NCBI GenBank assembly: GCA_964188305.1 | Contig: OZ076888.1 | Direction: 5' to 3' (one strand) | Source: Podarcis bocagei | Lineage: Eukaryota | Length of the DNA: 64,000 nt | Part shown: one piece after another, positions 1-12,596 of the stretch | How positions within the stretch are numbered: position 1 is the first letter of the stretch | Layout: each line of letters opens with the position of its first letter | Notes under the pieces: generated by a model | What the model was told of the DNA's origin: nothing | The model's input: the letters and a program-made list of their open reading frames with translations, nothing else | Database searches by the model: none | Program-made: the position numbers and the translations under genes

Positions 1-2147
1 GCCTGCTAGGTTTATACTGTACACTCGGAGGAATAAGTCTTATTTAAAAATCAAAAGAGCTCCATTAACTGCCAAGATCTCAAAGCAGCCCGGAAAACAC
101 ACCTTCTCCTTGTGAAGTGCAGCAAAACAAAAGGCAAAACCTTGTAAGAAAACGGCTGATTAATGAAATTGAGGGGATTTCTCTCCCTCTCCCTCTTTGA
201 TTTAAGAGAGGAGGCAGCAGGCGGGATGTTCCAAATGACAGATCTCATCCCATGTCTTTCCACTGGCCTTTAACGAGGTTAGACTTTGCCAGCGCAGTAA
301 ATACAATTAATAATCCCAATTAATATTGCATGCTTTGGTAAGTCTGAGAGCATGAAAGCTTTTTTGCAGATTACTGTACATTCCCCAAAGCGCACATGTG
401 GAGTGATGAGAGGGGAAATGGGGAAATGCAACTTCCCTTTGTGTGAGTGTGTGTGGTGGTTGCTACTAAGGTAAATGGGCTGAGATGAAAGGAAATGTCA
501 ATTTTAACAAAAATAACATTATTACTATTAATAATTTACCTAAGGGATATGACCCAATGTGTTAATAACACTTCAAGGATGTGAAGTTTCACCAAAGAGT
601 AAGAGATGCCTCAGATTTCCTTTGCTGTTGCACATCAGACCCAAGGTATGGTCCATGTATCATATACCCCATAGAATCAATTTTGTCCTTTATATAACAG
701 CTTGATCAGACATTGCTGAAATGTAGGGCAAGGCAAACAGAACCCCATTCTATAGGTGGGAGGAGGCAGATGAAGTCTGTCCTGTGGCTACCAGAATTCA
801 TTGCAAAGGGTTGAAAGCATATGAATGAACTGGGGCATTCAATGACAGCTAAGCAGAGTCAAGCATGGAATAGTGGGAATTAAAATCAAAATCTGCAAAG
901 GACTGCTTTCAACCATCAAATCAAGACAATTTGCTAATGTTGGCAGGATTTATCTCCGTGACCCCAGTCATGATCCTGAGTTTTTGTAAAATATATTAAA
1001 ATATATATTTAACAACTCAATGTCATCAAGCTTAGACATGCTTATTTAATTTAAATCAATTTAGGTTAGCAATGAGCATTGCACTGGGGAATATTTATTC
1101 TTCATTAGCCCTACCAGCTATTAAGAGCTGATAGCATGAAGTGAGTCTGCACATCTAGTTGTGAATCAACATCACATGTGCAGCGCCCGTTTAAATATGC
1201 AGTTCGCAATTCAATTACCATTGCTAGATTAGGAGGGGAAATGTTATCATATGGCATATTGATTCAAGTAAAATAATAGAGACCTAACTTGAGATATAAT
1301 TTGGGTCTGTGAGGTCGTCCTCATTTTTATACTTCCCAGTATTTCACAACTCTGTGTTTTATTCAAAAAGACTGTAGTCCAGTGATTGAAAAACTCTAAT
1401 TGTATGCACCATCACCACTGGTTTAGATTACATGCCTTCTTTTTTAGGAGAATAGCAACCATCCAGGATAGGTTGTCAACCCAGCAACTTGACTCGAGAA
1501 CCAGCAACCCACAAAGCCTCCATCTTTTCAGAATTCAACTTCAGTTTATCCAGTTTATTCAGCCAATAACAGTTACTGCGGTGGGCCTGACTTGCTGCAC
1601 CATCCTCCCGACACCAGCTACCAGCGCAGCACTGCTACTGGAAGACCATAGAACGCTGACCTTGCCGTTGTCCTGGCCTAGCCCTGTCCAGGTAAGCTGT
1701 AGCACTGCCAGCACCAGCCTGTTACATGCATTGCTACTGCATCCAGCCTACGATTGCCTCCAGGCACTGGTCTAGCCCCTGCGTAGTTGATAAAGACATT
1801 AAAAGCAGGCATGGCTAGTTGCAACAGAGCACAAAGCTCTTATGAGAGCTTTGTGAGTCAAGTTAATGAAACGCCAATACCCAGACGGCGCTCTTCCTAT
1901 TCAGTGAAGCTGTCAACCTGTGCATGCGCAACGACGGTCTCAAGTGTACATGCCTCAGTTTAACCATGGTTTACATTTGCAATCTGGATAGAAGCTGCTT
2001 TGAGCAGAAATGAATCAAACAGCCATCTTTCTCAAGAAACTTCAAGATACCTATGGACTGTGGCAATTTTATGTACAGGCACCCCTCCCCCTTTTAGCAA
2101 TCAACTCACACGCAGCCACGTGTACACGTGACACTAGGAAATAAATA

Positions 2148-2536
2148 CCATACTTTTCCATGTATAAGACGTTGGTTTTTTTACTGAAAAATTATGTTTA
2201 AAACAGGGGGTGGTCTTATACATGGGTAGTGCCTAGGGGGGGACTTGGGATTGGTTGATTTCGTGAGCTGGAGATGGTCTGCAGCGTGTTATTGGGGTCA
2301 GCGGCAAGGAGTGGCGTTGATTGGGTGTCGCTGCATCAATTGGCTGCTTCTACCAGTGAGGGGACAGACGTCAGGAGGAGTGTTAGCGTTGGCCAGGCGG
2401 GTGAGTGATATTCAGCAATCCCCCCCCCCCCAAAGCTGAACAACTCTGGGCAATCTCCCCCCATTTTCTAAAATTTTAGTCCTCCAAACTAGCGGGTGTC
2501 TTATACATGGGGGCATGTTATACACGGAAAGTATGG
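2148..2536. mobile_element. Non-autonomous Tc1/mariner-superfamily (Tc2/pogo-like) DNA transposon
   Basis: TIRs CCATACTTTTCCATGTATAA / TTATACACGGAAAGTATGG; TA on the left, CA on the right; internal direct repeats GTCTTATACATGGG near 2213 and 2498. Confidence 0.75.
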
Positions 2537-2972
2537 CAATTCAATTCAAACCCTGAAATGGTGGGAGAGAGCCTGAGAGTCCTTGTGGCTCGTGAAGAGG
2601 ACCCCCCCCCCCAGAGCCCGAGGACATCAGTGAGGGCAGAGGAAGCCTGGAAGAGACAGACGGTCCAATGGAGCTTTGTTTATGCTGCTCAGCCTCCCCA
2701 CCTAGCAGCTGATGTGCAGGGTAGCGCAGCAGCAGCTACTTTTCCGCATGTCCTCAAGCCTACCGCCAGCCCCAGAGCTTCAATTCTAGTTGTGGATATC
2801 TTTTGGATACAGTATTTTGAGTATGGATTGAAGACAAAGTGGCAGAGAGGGTGCTCCCCACATTTCGCAATTTCACTTATGTGCTCAGGGGCCTGGAAAG
2901 TAACCCCTGCGAAGGCGGGGGGGGGGACGCTTGTATTGCCTTAAAAAGCATTTTTATGTAACGCATCTAAAT

Positions 2973-3441
2973 CAGGATTGGGGAACCTGTGGTCATCCAG
3001 ATGTTGCTAGTCTACAACTCCCCAAATCCCCAACAATTGGCTATACAACATCTGGAGTTCAATAGCATTTGTCAGGGACACGCCCAGCAGAGAGGAATCT
3101 CCAGAGGAAGAGGAATTGGCTGCACCTGAGTCTCCAACCTCAGAGGAGGAATTGGCTGCACCTGAGTTGCCAAGAAGTAGGAGGCGGAACAAGCGATTAG
3201 AGCAGAGGCAGGCCAGCAGGAGGTGGGGGAGGACGTGGTGTAAATCTGGCCCTGGGAGGGGTCAGAAGCCAGTTGAGTCAACTGACTCTGACGGCGAAGG
3301 ATGAGTTGTGGGAGCTTGGACTGCTGTAAGCCTGTTATTGGGAAATAAACCTCAGCTACTTAAACTGCCAGCGTTCATGTCTTGTGTGGGAGAAGCGCTA
3401 AACCTGACATCATCTGGGCATACGCAAGTTCCCCATCCCAG
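2973..3441. mobile_element. hAT MITE (CTACAACTCCC family) interrupted by a solo LTR
   Basis: Left end CAGGATTGGGGAAC, right end GTTCCCCATCCCAG; internal CTACAACTCCC; split at 3070-3409. Confidence 0.65.
3070..3409 (+). mobile_element. Solo LTR (340 bp)
   Basis: TGTCAGG...CCTGACA inverted termini; AATAAA at ~3344; internal duplication of GAGGAATTGGCTGCACCTGAGT; degraded 5-bp flanks GCATT/TCATC. Confidence 0.7.
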
Positions 3442-4872
3442 CTCTGAAGTAAGAGCTGGTTTTCTTAAAATGTATTATATTACAAAGAACTATAGACAAC
3501 TGCTTTTCAAAATGCATGCTTAATATAACGTGTTTTGAGACAGAATAGAAAGATGCTAGGGAAAGTCAACTAAAAAGACAAAGGTAGTAAATTATTTTAA
3601 TCTTGCTATTTTAGATATTTAGAAGGGTTTGTTTGTTTTTTTTAAAAGAAACCACATAGATTATTTTAGCTCATATTTTAAGAAGAAACAAGATATTTGG
3701 AATAGAATTGGTGTTTCTGAACAATTTTTAATTATGGATGGCAATACATTTTTTTACTGAAAATATAAACTTTCATTTTGAAAAACCTTTATATATGAGG
3801 CAATTATGTAAATTTAGTAAAACAGACAATTATTCAGGATAATTATTAACTCACCAATTGAAAAGAAACAGGTTTTAAAAGTGCGAAACCTTGGCTGAAT
3901 CATGAATTGCTTCTCTTTATCTCTCTCTTGCGAAACATGACATATTTGACTATGTAAGTCTGTTTTTAAGCATAATCAACATGGGCTGTAATAGAAAGTA
4001 TCAAGTAAATATCACATATTCCATTGTGGATTTTAAAGTTTGATATATCCCATACTGATATATACTTTTAGATGAAGTCATAGCTTACACATACTTAAAA
4101 TAAATAAATATTTTCTTCATATTAAATAATAGTACCATATTTCCACTCCACAGTAAACCAATGCAAATTAGTTTCTTTAAAAACCATTCATTTCCAGCCT
4201 TTAACTGCCCCTATAATCATGTAGCTCCCAATTTTGAAACAGTTTATATAATTATATGAGTTTTACACCATGCCCTGAAGGTTACCACGTATGTACATTT
4301 ATACATCCATATCCATACAAATTTGTGCTCTGGAACTAATCTACACATCATAATTAACACAGAAAATCCAGGCATTTTCTCTCTAATTCTTTAGGAAAGA
4401 ATTAGGAGTCTATGTGCTGTCATAAGGTCACTAGCAGTAAAGACTTCATTACCCTGAAGAAATGCACTATGGAAAATGTGCTGGTCTGTTATGAATTTGA
4501 AACATAATTTTATTATAGATATTTGCCAGTCAAAATGGTGAACACAATAATTTGTATTAAAAAACTCCCTTGGAAATGTATTTCTTGGCTACTGATGAAT
4601 ACCTACTAATAGTTGTGTTTGGTAGGCATAGTAAAATACTATAGTGATCCTATACCCATTTACCTCTTGGTAAACTTCATTGAACTCAATGGGACTTATT
4701 TCTGAGTACGAATGGGATGTACTGTTATATATCACAACCATATACATTCTTTTTCCATATTATGGGGTGTATGAGGTGTTGGGGTGGAGTGGTAGCTCTG
4801 ATACATGCTGCTCCTTCTCAGTCCATCTTTAGTCCCTACCCTGCACTCGCCTCTCACTGGTGGTTCCTAGAA

Positions 4873-5095
4873 CAGAGTGGTTCAACACATGGTCCGAGGG
4901 CCACATGTAGCCCTCAAGGCCTTTTTTGGTGTCCCCTGGCAACATTTAATTTAATGCCTCCCTCAGCCTTTATACTGTCTTCCCAAAACCTGGGAAGGGA
5001 GGCGTTTTACTTCCCAGAGTCTTCCCGCCTCCTTCCCAAAGCCTAGTTAGCATTTTCCCAGCTTTGGGGAGGAGGTGGGAGGGCTCTAGGAACCT
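4873..5095. mobile_element. hAT-like left-end fragment with internal inverted repeat
   Basis: Starts CAGAGTGGTTCAACACATGGTCCGAGGGCCACATGTAGCCC; imperfect hairpin ~5012-5092. Confidence 0.4.
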
Positions 5096-5436
5096 GCCAG
5101 AGGAAAGGGGAGGGGCAAACGGAAATATGGGTGAGCTCTGAGCATCAGTGCATTGAATGCAATTCTACGTCATGGAGTTTGATGTTTATTGTTTTGATGT
5201 TTTCCATACTGCAGGTAATTTTTTTGGTATTGTTTTGCATATTATTATTTTTTGCTTTCACTTTGTAAACCCCTTTGTGAGCTTTTGTGATGCAAAGTAG
5301 TATATTATTATTTGTATTAGTGACTTACTAAATCACTTTCTAATTCACTGTGTCAAGGGGACACAGAAGATAATTAAAAACAGTTCAAAACACAAAAGCA
5401 ACAAATACACTTAAAACAAACTGAAACCTTAACAAA

Positions 5437-5461
5437 TGTGTGTGTGTGTGTGTGTGTGTGT
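5437..5461. repeat. (TG)n microsatellite
   Basis: About 12 TG units; similar arrays at 41440-41465 and 52936-52956. Confidence 0.9.
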
Positions 5462-6226
5462 TTATCTCCACATATTGCGCAAAAGAATGTTATAGCTATA
5501 CTAATACCACAGAACTAAATTGCTCATCGTTGTGATGCTCCACCTAGTCACGTGGCAAAAATATTAGTTGTTCCCACACTTGATAATGTATATCTTATCT
5601 GAATATGCACCTGATATCTGTAGCTGCAATTCTGAATCTACTCATTGTGTGATTCATTTGATTTCAGCAGGGATACTGTACTTGTGTGTAATAATTTCAG
5701 AACCGTGGTTGCTGGAGTCCAAGAGATGTTGTTGTTGAGGCATGATTGCTAAATTATAATTAGTAGTACAGTTTAGGAGGACCTGCAGTTCAGCAGTTTA
5801 TTCACCTTTGATTTATACATCAGCCAGTCCACTTATCTATCATCTTCTGAGTGCTTTTGAATAAGAAAAAAAACATTTAATGGCATCAAAGATTCCCCAT
5901 TTTCTAAGTTAAAGTTTCCTTCCATACTGTCTACTTGCTTGCTTAATGCAAACACTAAAGTATTCAGAAGTAATGTTAGTTAGATGAGGAACGGACTTCC
6001 ACATCTGCAATAGGAAGCCTCAACCTCATCCACAGGAACCCTTCAATTTCAGTGGGGGAGAGTTAAGCACATCTTTAATTTTCCCACTGAAATATGTGAG
6101 ATTTAGATTATCCTGAATGTCTGGATTGAGTCTGGATTTGTTCTTGAGTTGACCCCTCTGCGTTGTGTAGGGCTACCCAAGCGAACTGAGCCAAAATGAA
6201 GCTACATCTAAAAGTCGGTCCTTTTA

Positions 6227-6655
6227 GGGATGGATCAAAGCTCAGTGGTAGAGCGCATAAATGCTTGCAGAAGGTGCCTGTTAAGTTGTGGGTGAACATA
6301 TCAGACGACACAGTGATTCTTCAAACAGCTCTTGTTTATTCACAGGCCAGGACAGAACTGAACTGAAGGGCTCAGTCAGCCTGCTTATATAGAGCTCCAG
6401 AACAACGTAACTGTTGTAACTTTCTAAAACTATCCAATCACTGAACGTCACTTTCGATCCTTCATTTGCATAACTACCTACAGTATCCCCCTGCTGGCCC
6501 AGGGTGAGAACTTCAGTACATAACAGTGCCAGTCCCACTCCACGGTATCTCCAGGTAAAACGGAGCTGGTAGCAGATTGTGGGAAAGGCTCTGGAGACTA
6601 CAAGGCTCTGAAGGAGCAGGGAAACACAAAGCAGACAATAGTGGATCAGATGGGG
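6227..6655 (+). mobile_element. tRNA-derived squamate SINE (Squam2-like), degraded, interrupted by a solo LTR
   Basis: A-box AGCTCAGTGGTAGAGC then TTGCAGAAGGT; resumes after 6530 with TATCTCCAGGTA...GCAGACAATAGTGGATCAGATGG; same family as 42799 and 63144. Confidence 0.6.
6279..6525 (-). mobile_element. Solo LTR (247 bp) with perfect 5-bp TSD
   Basis: TGTTA...TAACA termini; TSD GTGCC at 6274-6278 and 6526-6530; minus-strand TATA (6385-6392) upstream of AATAAA (6335-6340). Confidence 0.88.
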
Positions 6656-7210
6656 AAGTGGGGAGTCTGATCTGGTGTAAAACGGCTTCTTCCTCTCCTG
6701 TCTCCAAACTAGTTTGAGGTTTGGGTGAAGGAGGGACATGATAGAACATTTCCCCTCATCTAAATTTATTTAAACCACTATGCACTCATTTGGGAGAAAA
6801 ATGTTCCTGTCACAGGCAATCACATCTTCTAAATTATTGAGGTTAGTGTTGTGGCATCTTTAACTGGAACAACTTTCAGTGTGTAGCTTGGCTCCTTCGC
6901 AGAACTCATTCTCAGGTATTTGCTCTACAAGAGCCTTCCTGCAATGCTTTCGCTCTCTGCTTAGGCCACATTGCGGACTAGAAGGATTTTCTAGTCTACT
7001 CTTAAAACAGCAGGTTAGATTAGACAGCCTTTTGATTCTTTTCAGCTGGTTCCATGATGCACAGTTCCTTTTATTGAGATTCATAGTCCACCCTAGTCTA
7101 ATAGCAAAGGGCAGTGACACCAACCGGACTTAAAGCAGATACTGAACTGATTTTTACTTTCTTCAAGAGTCTCTGTGGGTGGGAGATAATAAAAATGACT
7201 GTCCTTACAG

Positions 7211-7349
7211 CAGGTAGGGGGAATCTGCAGCTCTCCAAATGTTGTTAGACTACAGTTCCTATCATCCCTGACCATAGGCTGTGCTGTCTGTGGCTGATGG
7301 GAGGTGGAGTCCAACAATATCCAGAGGGTTAGAACATTCCCCATCCCTG
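7211..7349. mobile_element. hAT MITE (~139 bp, palindromic)
   Basis: CAGGTAGGGGGAAT...ATTCCCCATCCCTG; 8-bp TSD CCTTACAG/CCTTGCAG. Confidence 0.8.
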
Positions 7350-8717
7350 CCTTGCAGGGTTTTTGGAAGGATTATAACTAGTTAATGCATGAGATGCCCT
7401 CAAAGCATTAGTTGAAGTAATATCCCTTTGTTGGTAATGCTGGGGTTTTTTTTAGTCCTAACATTTGAGAAACGTTTTTTTTAGACACTAGCTTATTGGT
7501 GTTGACCCATTTATGATTTTACCATTTGTGGGGGGGGGGGGATTGTCCATTTGGGTCTATACCACAACAGAAATACTATGTGGTATTGCATTCTCTATAG
7601 GCACAATCTTGCAAACTGCCAATTACTGTGGACTCAGTTGAGCAAATTAGTTATCTCGGTAACTCCATTAGGGTGTTTGTGTTCTCTTACAGCTCTGCTG
7701 ATTCAGCAAGAGTTCTCAGACTCGGCTGCTTCTAGGATTGAGGTTTATAATCCACCATCGAGGGAAGGGTGGGGGCGCGCGCACACAACCCTGCAAGGCA
7801 AGTACAGAATGTGCTTCAGAAAACAACCACATTCATGCACAGGTAACTTTTAAGAGTGCTAAATAAGCTGTACATCTTTTAAGACATATAATAAACAAAA
7901 AATAACCATTTAAGTGGGGAGGAAAGTTCTAGAATGCATCAAACCATTTTCCCCTGTACAAATTGTTCTCTGTATTAATATCATATCTCTTATATTGTCT
8001 AGAGAAGTTCAGAAGAATCTCTGTTCCCACCCACTCCCAACTGTCTAGGTAAAAGTTCACACTGATATTGGTATTGGGAGAGTTCTGAAATGGCCTTGAA
8101 AGGAAGGTCATATTGTGTTTTAATAGCTGTCTGAAGATAAGTTCAGACAATAGGAGAAGCAAAGAGGCAGTTGTATTTGTGGTCCAGTCCCTGGGTTAAC
8201 CTCAACAGGCTGCGCTTTGGGGTTGAGGTAGGGAGTCTAGTCAGATCTGAATCCAGCAATTAACAAAAGCTAGAGTCCCCCCCCCCCCGCCCCCCGCTTG
8301 CACTGCACTAATGGACAACTAGAGCAAGCCTCCTCAGGCTAGCATAGTTGCATTTATATTTGAACGGCAAAAGCCGTTTAGACCTCAGGCACAATCCTGC
8401 AGATCACATCTGTACACATAATTGGAACTTCCTTCTTGCTATTTAGAACCAGGAAAAAACTGAGTCCCAAGTGCTAGGAGAACTGTACCTAAAATATCTG
8501 GTTCACAGTGGGCTCTGATTTGTGGCCTTTGCCTACGCCAAGTGCCTGTTTGAGGCATGCCTGATTGACAACCCACAAACACTTGTGTGCCCTGCAAACG
8601 TCTGGAAGACTTATTTGGTTTGGAGTTGCCTTGCTGTCAATTATGCTTGCCTGGAGTGGGACAAATTTCCTTGCTTTAGTTAACTATGGTTTTAAAAGGT
8701 GTGTGTGCATAGGTAGA

Positions 8718-8896
8718 TCATAGGAACACAGGAAGCTGCTGTGAGTCAGACCAGCACAGTACTGCCCACACTGAATTGCAGTGTCTGTCCAAGATTTCAG
8801 TCTGGGGGTTTCTCTAAGACCTACGTGGAGAAGCCGATGATTGGACTGGGATCTTTTGTGTGCATAGCAGCTAATCTGCCATGGAGTTCAAGCCCC
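8718..8896 (-). mobile_element. Degraded Squam2-like SINE
   Basis: CATAGGAACACAGGAAGCTGC...GAGTCAGACCA tail and TCTTTTGTGTGCATAGCAG head resemble the copy at 42799-42987. Confidence 0.55.
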
Positions 8897-10434
8897 GCCG
8901 CCTTGCTTTCCCTCAAAGTTTTGTCTGCTGCCACTGGCTCAAGAGGTGAGGTTTCAAAGTGGTAGACTATATTTTATTCCCTGCTTCATCCCTGAAGTAG
9001 CCCGCAATAATATCTGTTAACATTTTAAAATAATAAAAAGAGACAACCACATATACCAGTTGCTGAGGCTCAAAGATGGGGACAGTGCTTTTGCACTCAG
9101 GTCCTGTTCACAGGATTCCCATAGGTTGACCACTGTAAGAATAAGTTGCTGGAGTAGTGCAGGGGTGGCCTGTCCTGTCTTGCCACCTGAGGTGAAACGG
9201 GATGGTGCTGCCCTGTACATGTGCCTTCTGTTGCTCACCTCCCAGGTTCCCTTGCTACCCCTGCTGAAGCCTGGCTTGCCAGGGTCACACGGCTGAGGCT
9301 TCGGGGTCCTGGCAAATCATATTGGGATCTTGCCGGAACCCAAAAGCTGCTGCAGCTGCTTCTCCACACTTTTCTGGCAGCAGCAGGAAGGTGCACCTGT
9401 GCCGCTGTACATTGGATTCCATCGCCTGATGCAACTGCCTCAATCTGCTTCCTGGATGGGACGGCCCTAAGCAGATGGCTTTTGTTCTAATCAGCAGAGC
9501 TCTTTTTGTGTTCTTAATTTCTATTTATGAAAGATAGACACCACCTTTCTGTAGCCCTCCATTTTTGGCTCATGGCCAAATGCCCATCCCCTCACCTTTA
9601 CAATCACAGGGCAACTGATCAACTAGCACAGCCAAGTTCATTCTGGAAGCAAGGGGGAGCAGGCTCCTAGCAGCTGCTCCTCTGCCTTATGACTGGGGCA
9701 AGCTAATCTTGCTGGGATTTTGAATTAGTTTCTCCACGGTGGGAAAATAATCCTCTTTTCAAAAGATACCTATAAACAATGGTGATCATGATGAATGAAT
9801 ATTTACAATCCTATTGGTTGTGTTTCTTTACTCCCCTTTGATTTTGGCTGCAAAATCAGATAGCAGAAGGGTGTGGGTGCAGCAGGAACAGTAAACAAAG
9901 CCATGATAGTGCAGCAAGCTGCAATGAAGATGCATAACATGGAGACAAACCAACCACTGATTTGGATGCCTCTGAAGATACCATCACCCAGCTTGGTGTG
10001 CCATTGCCCAATTGGCTCAGTTTTTAAAGTGCACCAACATGGCTGCCTCTGAAGATATCGTTGCCCAATTTGACATGACCGTTCCTGAGATTGAGGAGCA
10101 GGTTTTGGTCTATGCTTGGGAATGTTTGCAGGTGGCAACCAGTGTGGCCTGAACCACACTGAGCCAGGACACACTGGAGACAGCAATGCGGGAGGGGAGC
10201 ATGAACCGACATGATTGGTCAGCTCATTAAGTATTTCTGTTGTTTTACTTGATCCGGGGTGGTGGTCTGCAGAATGAGGAGGCTAGGCTGGTCTGGCACA
10301 GCAGCCAGGCATGTACAGCAGCACTGCAGTACCTCCCGCAAATTGGGCCAGGTTAGAAACCCAAGTGGGAGGGACTGTGCAGAGCCCTAAAGCCAACAAA
10401 TTATGTTATCCATTCATACATGTGTGTGTGAACA

Positions 10435-10660
10435 ACAACACTTTATTACGGTCGTAGACCAGCATAAGGAGGGAGGGGTACAATCATTTAAAATCTTTTT
10501 AAAAAAACCTTTAAAAAAAACTAAAAGGCGTTAAAACAGAAAATATATAATAGTCCAAAAAAAGTCTAGAAGAAGTGCTAGGAGCATCAGACAATACTGA
10601 AAGAGCACAAAAGGCTAGTATATATAAGACCACAGCTATCAGTCTACAGAGCACTCCAAT
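10435..10660 (-). mobile_element. Probable LINE 3' end fragment (family uncertain)
   Basis: Minus strand ends CTGGTCTACGACCGTAATAAAG followed by a short GTT tail, after a T-rich 3' UTR; left boundary clear, right boundary approximate. Confidence 0.4.
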
Positions 10661-11709
10661 ACGAGTGTATTTTAACCAAATTTTACATGGTGGTTCCTGA
10701 GATAAGGAGCAGGTTTTTCTCTGTTTCAATACAGTTAGATGCCATTTTGAACCAAGATGGTGGGCTGAATCTTTCAAAAGTGTACTGATTTCAAAACTGA
10801 TTTCTAGGTTTCTTAGAATTCCCATTAATTTATGCTTTGATTATACAGAGGGAAGAGAAATATTTAAATCTGCACAGCAAAATACAGCAGTGCAAAACGT
10901 CCTATTAGTTTATGAGTGTTTATTCAAAATTCTAAGATCTCACTTAATAAAGGCACTATATAAGACAGTTAAGGAATAATTATTGGATCTGCTCCAGTCA
11001 AAATTGAGACATTTTAAGTCCAATTTATTTCAGTGGTTTCATTGCATATATGCTTAACTTTCATCAATTTATTTTGTTGGAAAAAGAGTTCAGCTCATGA
11101 TTAACCCTTCTATGAGTTTAACTCCCTTCTACTGGAATCAATGGGACTTAAAAGTGCTTAACTGTGACTGGATCTAGTTCTAAGTATATTGTTGCTCCTG
11201 AAAATATCATGTGACTATATGAGAATTTGTATTCCACAAATTGTTCCCTCTTAATGGGCATTCTTCCTTTCTTGACTGCTTGTCTTTTGCTTGAATGGTC
11301 CTGATGAGACCATGTAGAAAGCACCTCTTGTTCTTTCGCATGTACCAGGTACGGCCTGTCCAATTGCTTCAGTGGAATGTTAATAGATGCCAGCATCAGA
11401 GCAGGTGTAGTGAAACAGCAGTGAAAGAATCTATTCAAAAGGGATTTTGGGTTTTTAAAGTTTCCTTTGTGCACCCTGCCTCATAGATGCAGTATGGTTT
11501 AGATAGGTTGCTCACAACCATAGTATCTATCTGTTCCAGGTTGTATGTGAAAGATCCACAAGATGCAGTGAGGTGCCTTTCAGATACCTCCAAACTCCAA
11601 CCCTTACAGGCAGTCCAGTAAGAGGATATAGTCCATGGTATCAAAAACCACTGTGTTAGCAGCATCCAGGTATCAAAGCTGTTGGAATCTGTCTGTGGTG
11701 AACCACTAA

Positions 11710-11905
11710 AACATAAGAAGAGTCTGGTGGATCAGGCCGTGGCCCCTCCTGTTGCCACAGTGGTCAACCAGTTGAAGGTGGAAAGGATGTAAGCAGGAAT
11801 TGAGTGCAACAGCAGTCTCCCCTCCTGTGGGTTTCAGCAATCGGTGTTCAGAATCATACTGCCCCCCGATAGTGGCAGTAGAACATAGCCATCAGGGTTA
11901 GTAGA
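11710..11905 (-). mobile_element. CR1-type LINE 3' UTR relic
   Basis: AACATAAGAAGAGTCTGGTGGATCAGGCC...CACAGTGGTCAACCAG...CATAGCCATCAGGGTTAGTAG resembles the reverse complement of reptile CR1 3' ends. Confidence 0.6.
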
Positions 11906-12193
11906 ACAGGCGGTGGCTGTCCTCACTTGGAAGAGCCTTTTTTAGTGAAGACCCTTCTGAACTGATTCCACACACCCAGGCTGAATCTTTCTAAGAAAGG
12001 AGGAGTATAAGGGGCTTCCTTTTTCTGGATGAGCTTTGCTTGAGCAACAAGGTGGTCTTTAGGTCTGGTGTGTTACTCCATCCTAGCATGTTCTTTATGC
12101 TATCTGGTTTGTTCTCCAGTCCTGATTTTTCATTTCATTCTGATTTGTTGCTTGTTCCTTAGTCCTAGCTCTTGGTTTGTTCTTCCTATGTGG

Positions 12194-12325
12194 CAGGCAT
12201 GGTGAACCTGTGGCCTTCTAGATGTTATTGGACTCCAAGTACCATCAGACCCAACAACTATGTCCAGTGGAAAGGGATGATTGGAGTTGTAGTCCAGTAG
12301 TATTTGGGGGTATTCAACCTATGTT
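12194..12325. mobile_element. Degraded hAT MITE (GACTACAA family)
   Basis: CAGGCATGGTGAACCTGTGGCCTTCTAGATGTT...GGGATGATTGGAGTTGTAGTCC. Confidence 0.65.
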
Positions 12326-12367
12326 GAATATTGGATTATAAGGCGTGTGTGTGTAATTCTGTATTTA

Positions 12368-12596
12368 TTATTCATTCATTTATTACTCTTATATACCACT
12401 TTCCTCCAAGGAGCTCAAGGTGGTGGTTATGGTGGTTCTTCTCCCCGTTTTCTCCTCAGAACAACCCTGGGAGGTAGGTTAGATTGAGAGAGGGCAACTG
12501 TCCCAAGGTCCCCCAGTGAGCTTGATGGCTCAGTGGGGATTTGAACCCTGGTCTTCCAGGTCCTAGTCCAATGCTCTAAGCATTACACCACACTAA
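12368..12596 (-). mobile_element. tRNA-derived SINE (older Squam3-like)
   Basis: Minus strand reads GTGTGGTGTAATGCTTAGAGC (A box)...GGTTCAAATCCCC (B box)...ACCTTGGG...CTACCTCCCAGGGTTGTT, then an AAT-rich tail. Confidence 0.75.

Noticed and set aside
9160-9470. GC-rich element with CAGGGGTGGCC / GGACGGCCCT ends
   Set aside because: Possibly an old MITE, but the TIRs are too degenerate and no TSD is visible.
9800-10200. Possible coding relic with GCCTCTGAAGATA and TTGCCCAATT repeated twice (similar texture at 13150-13450)
   Set aside because: No recognisable protein motif or splice structure; probably an old degraded repeat that I cannot classify.
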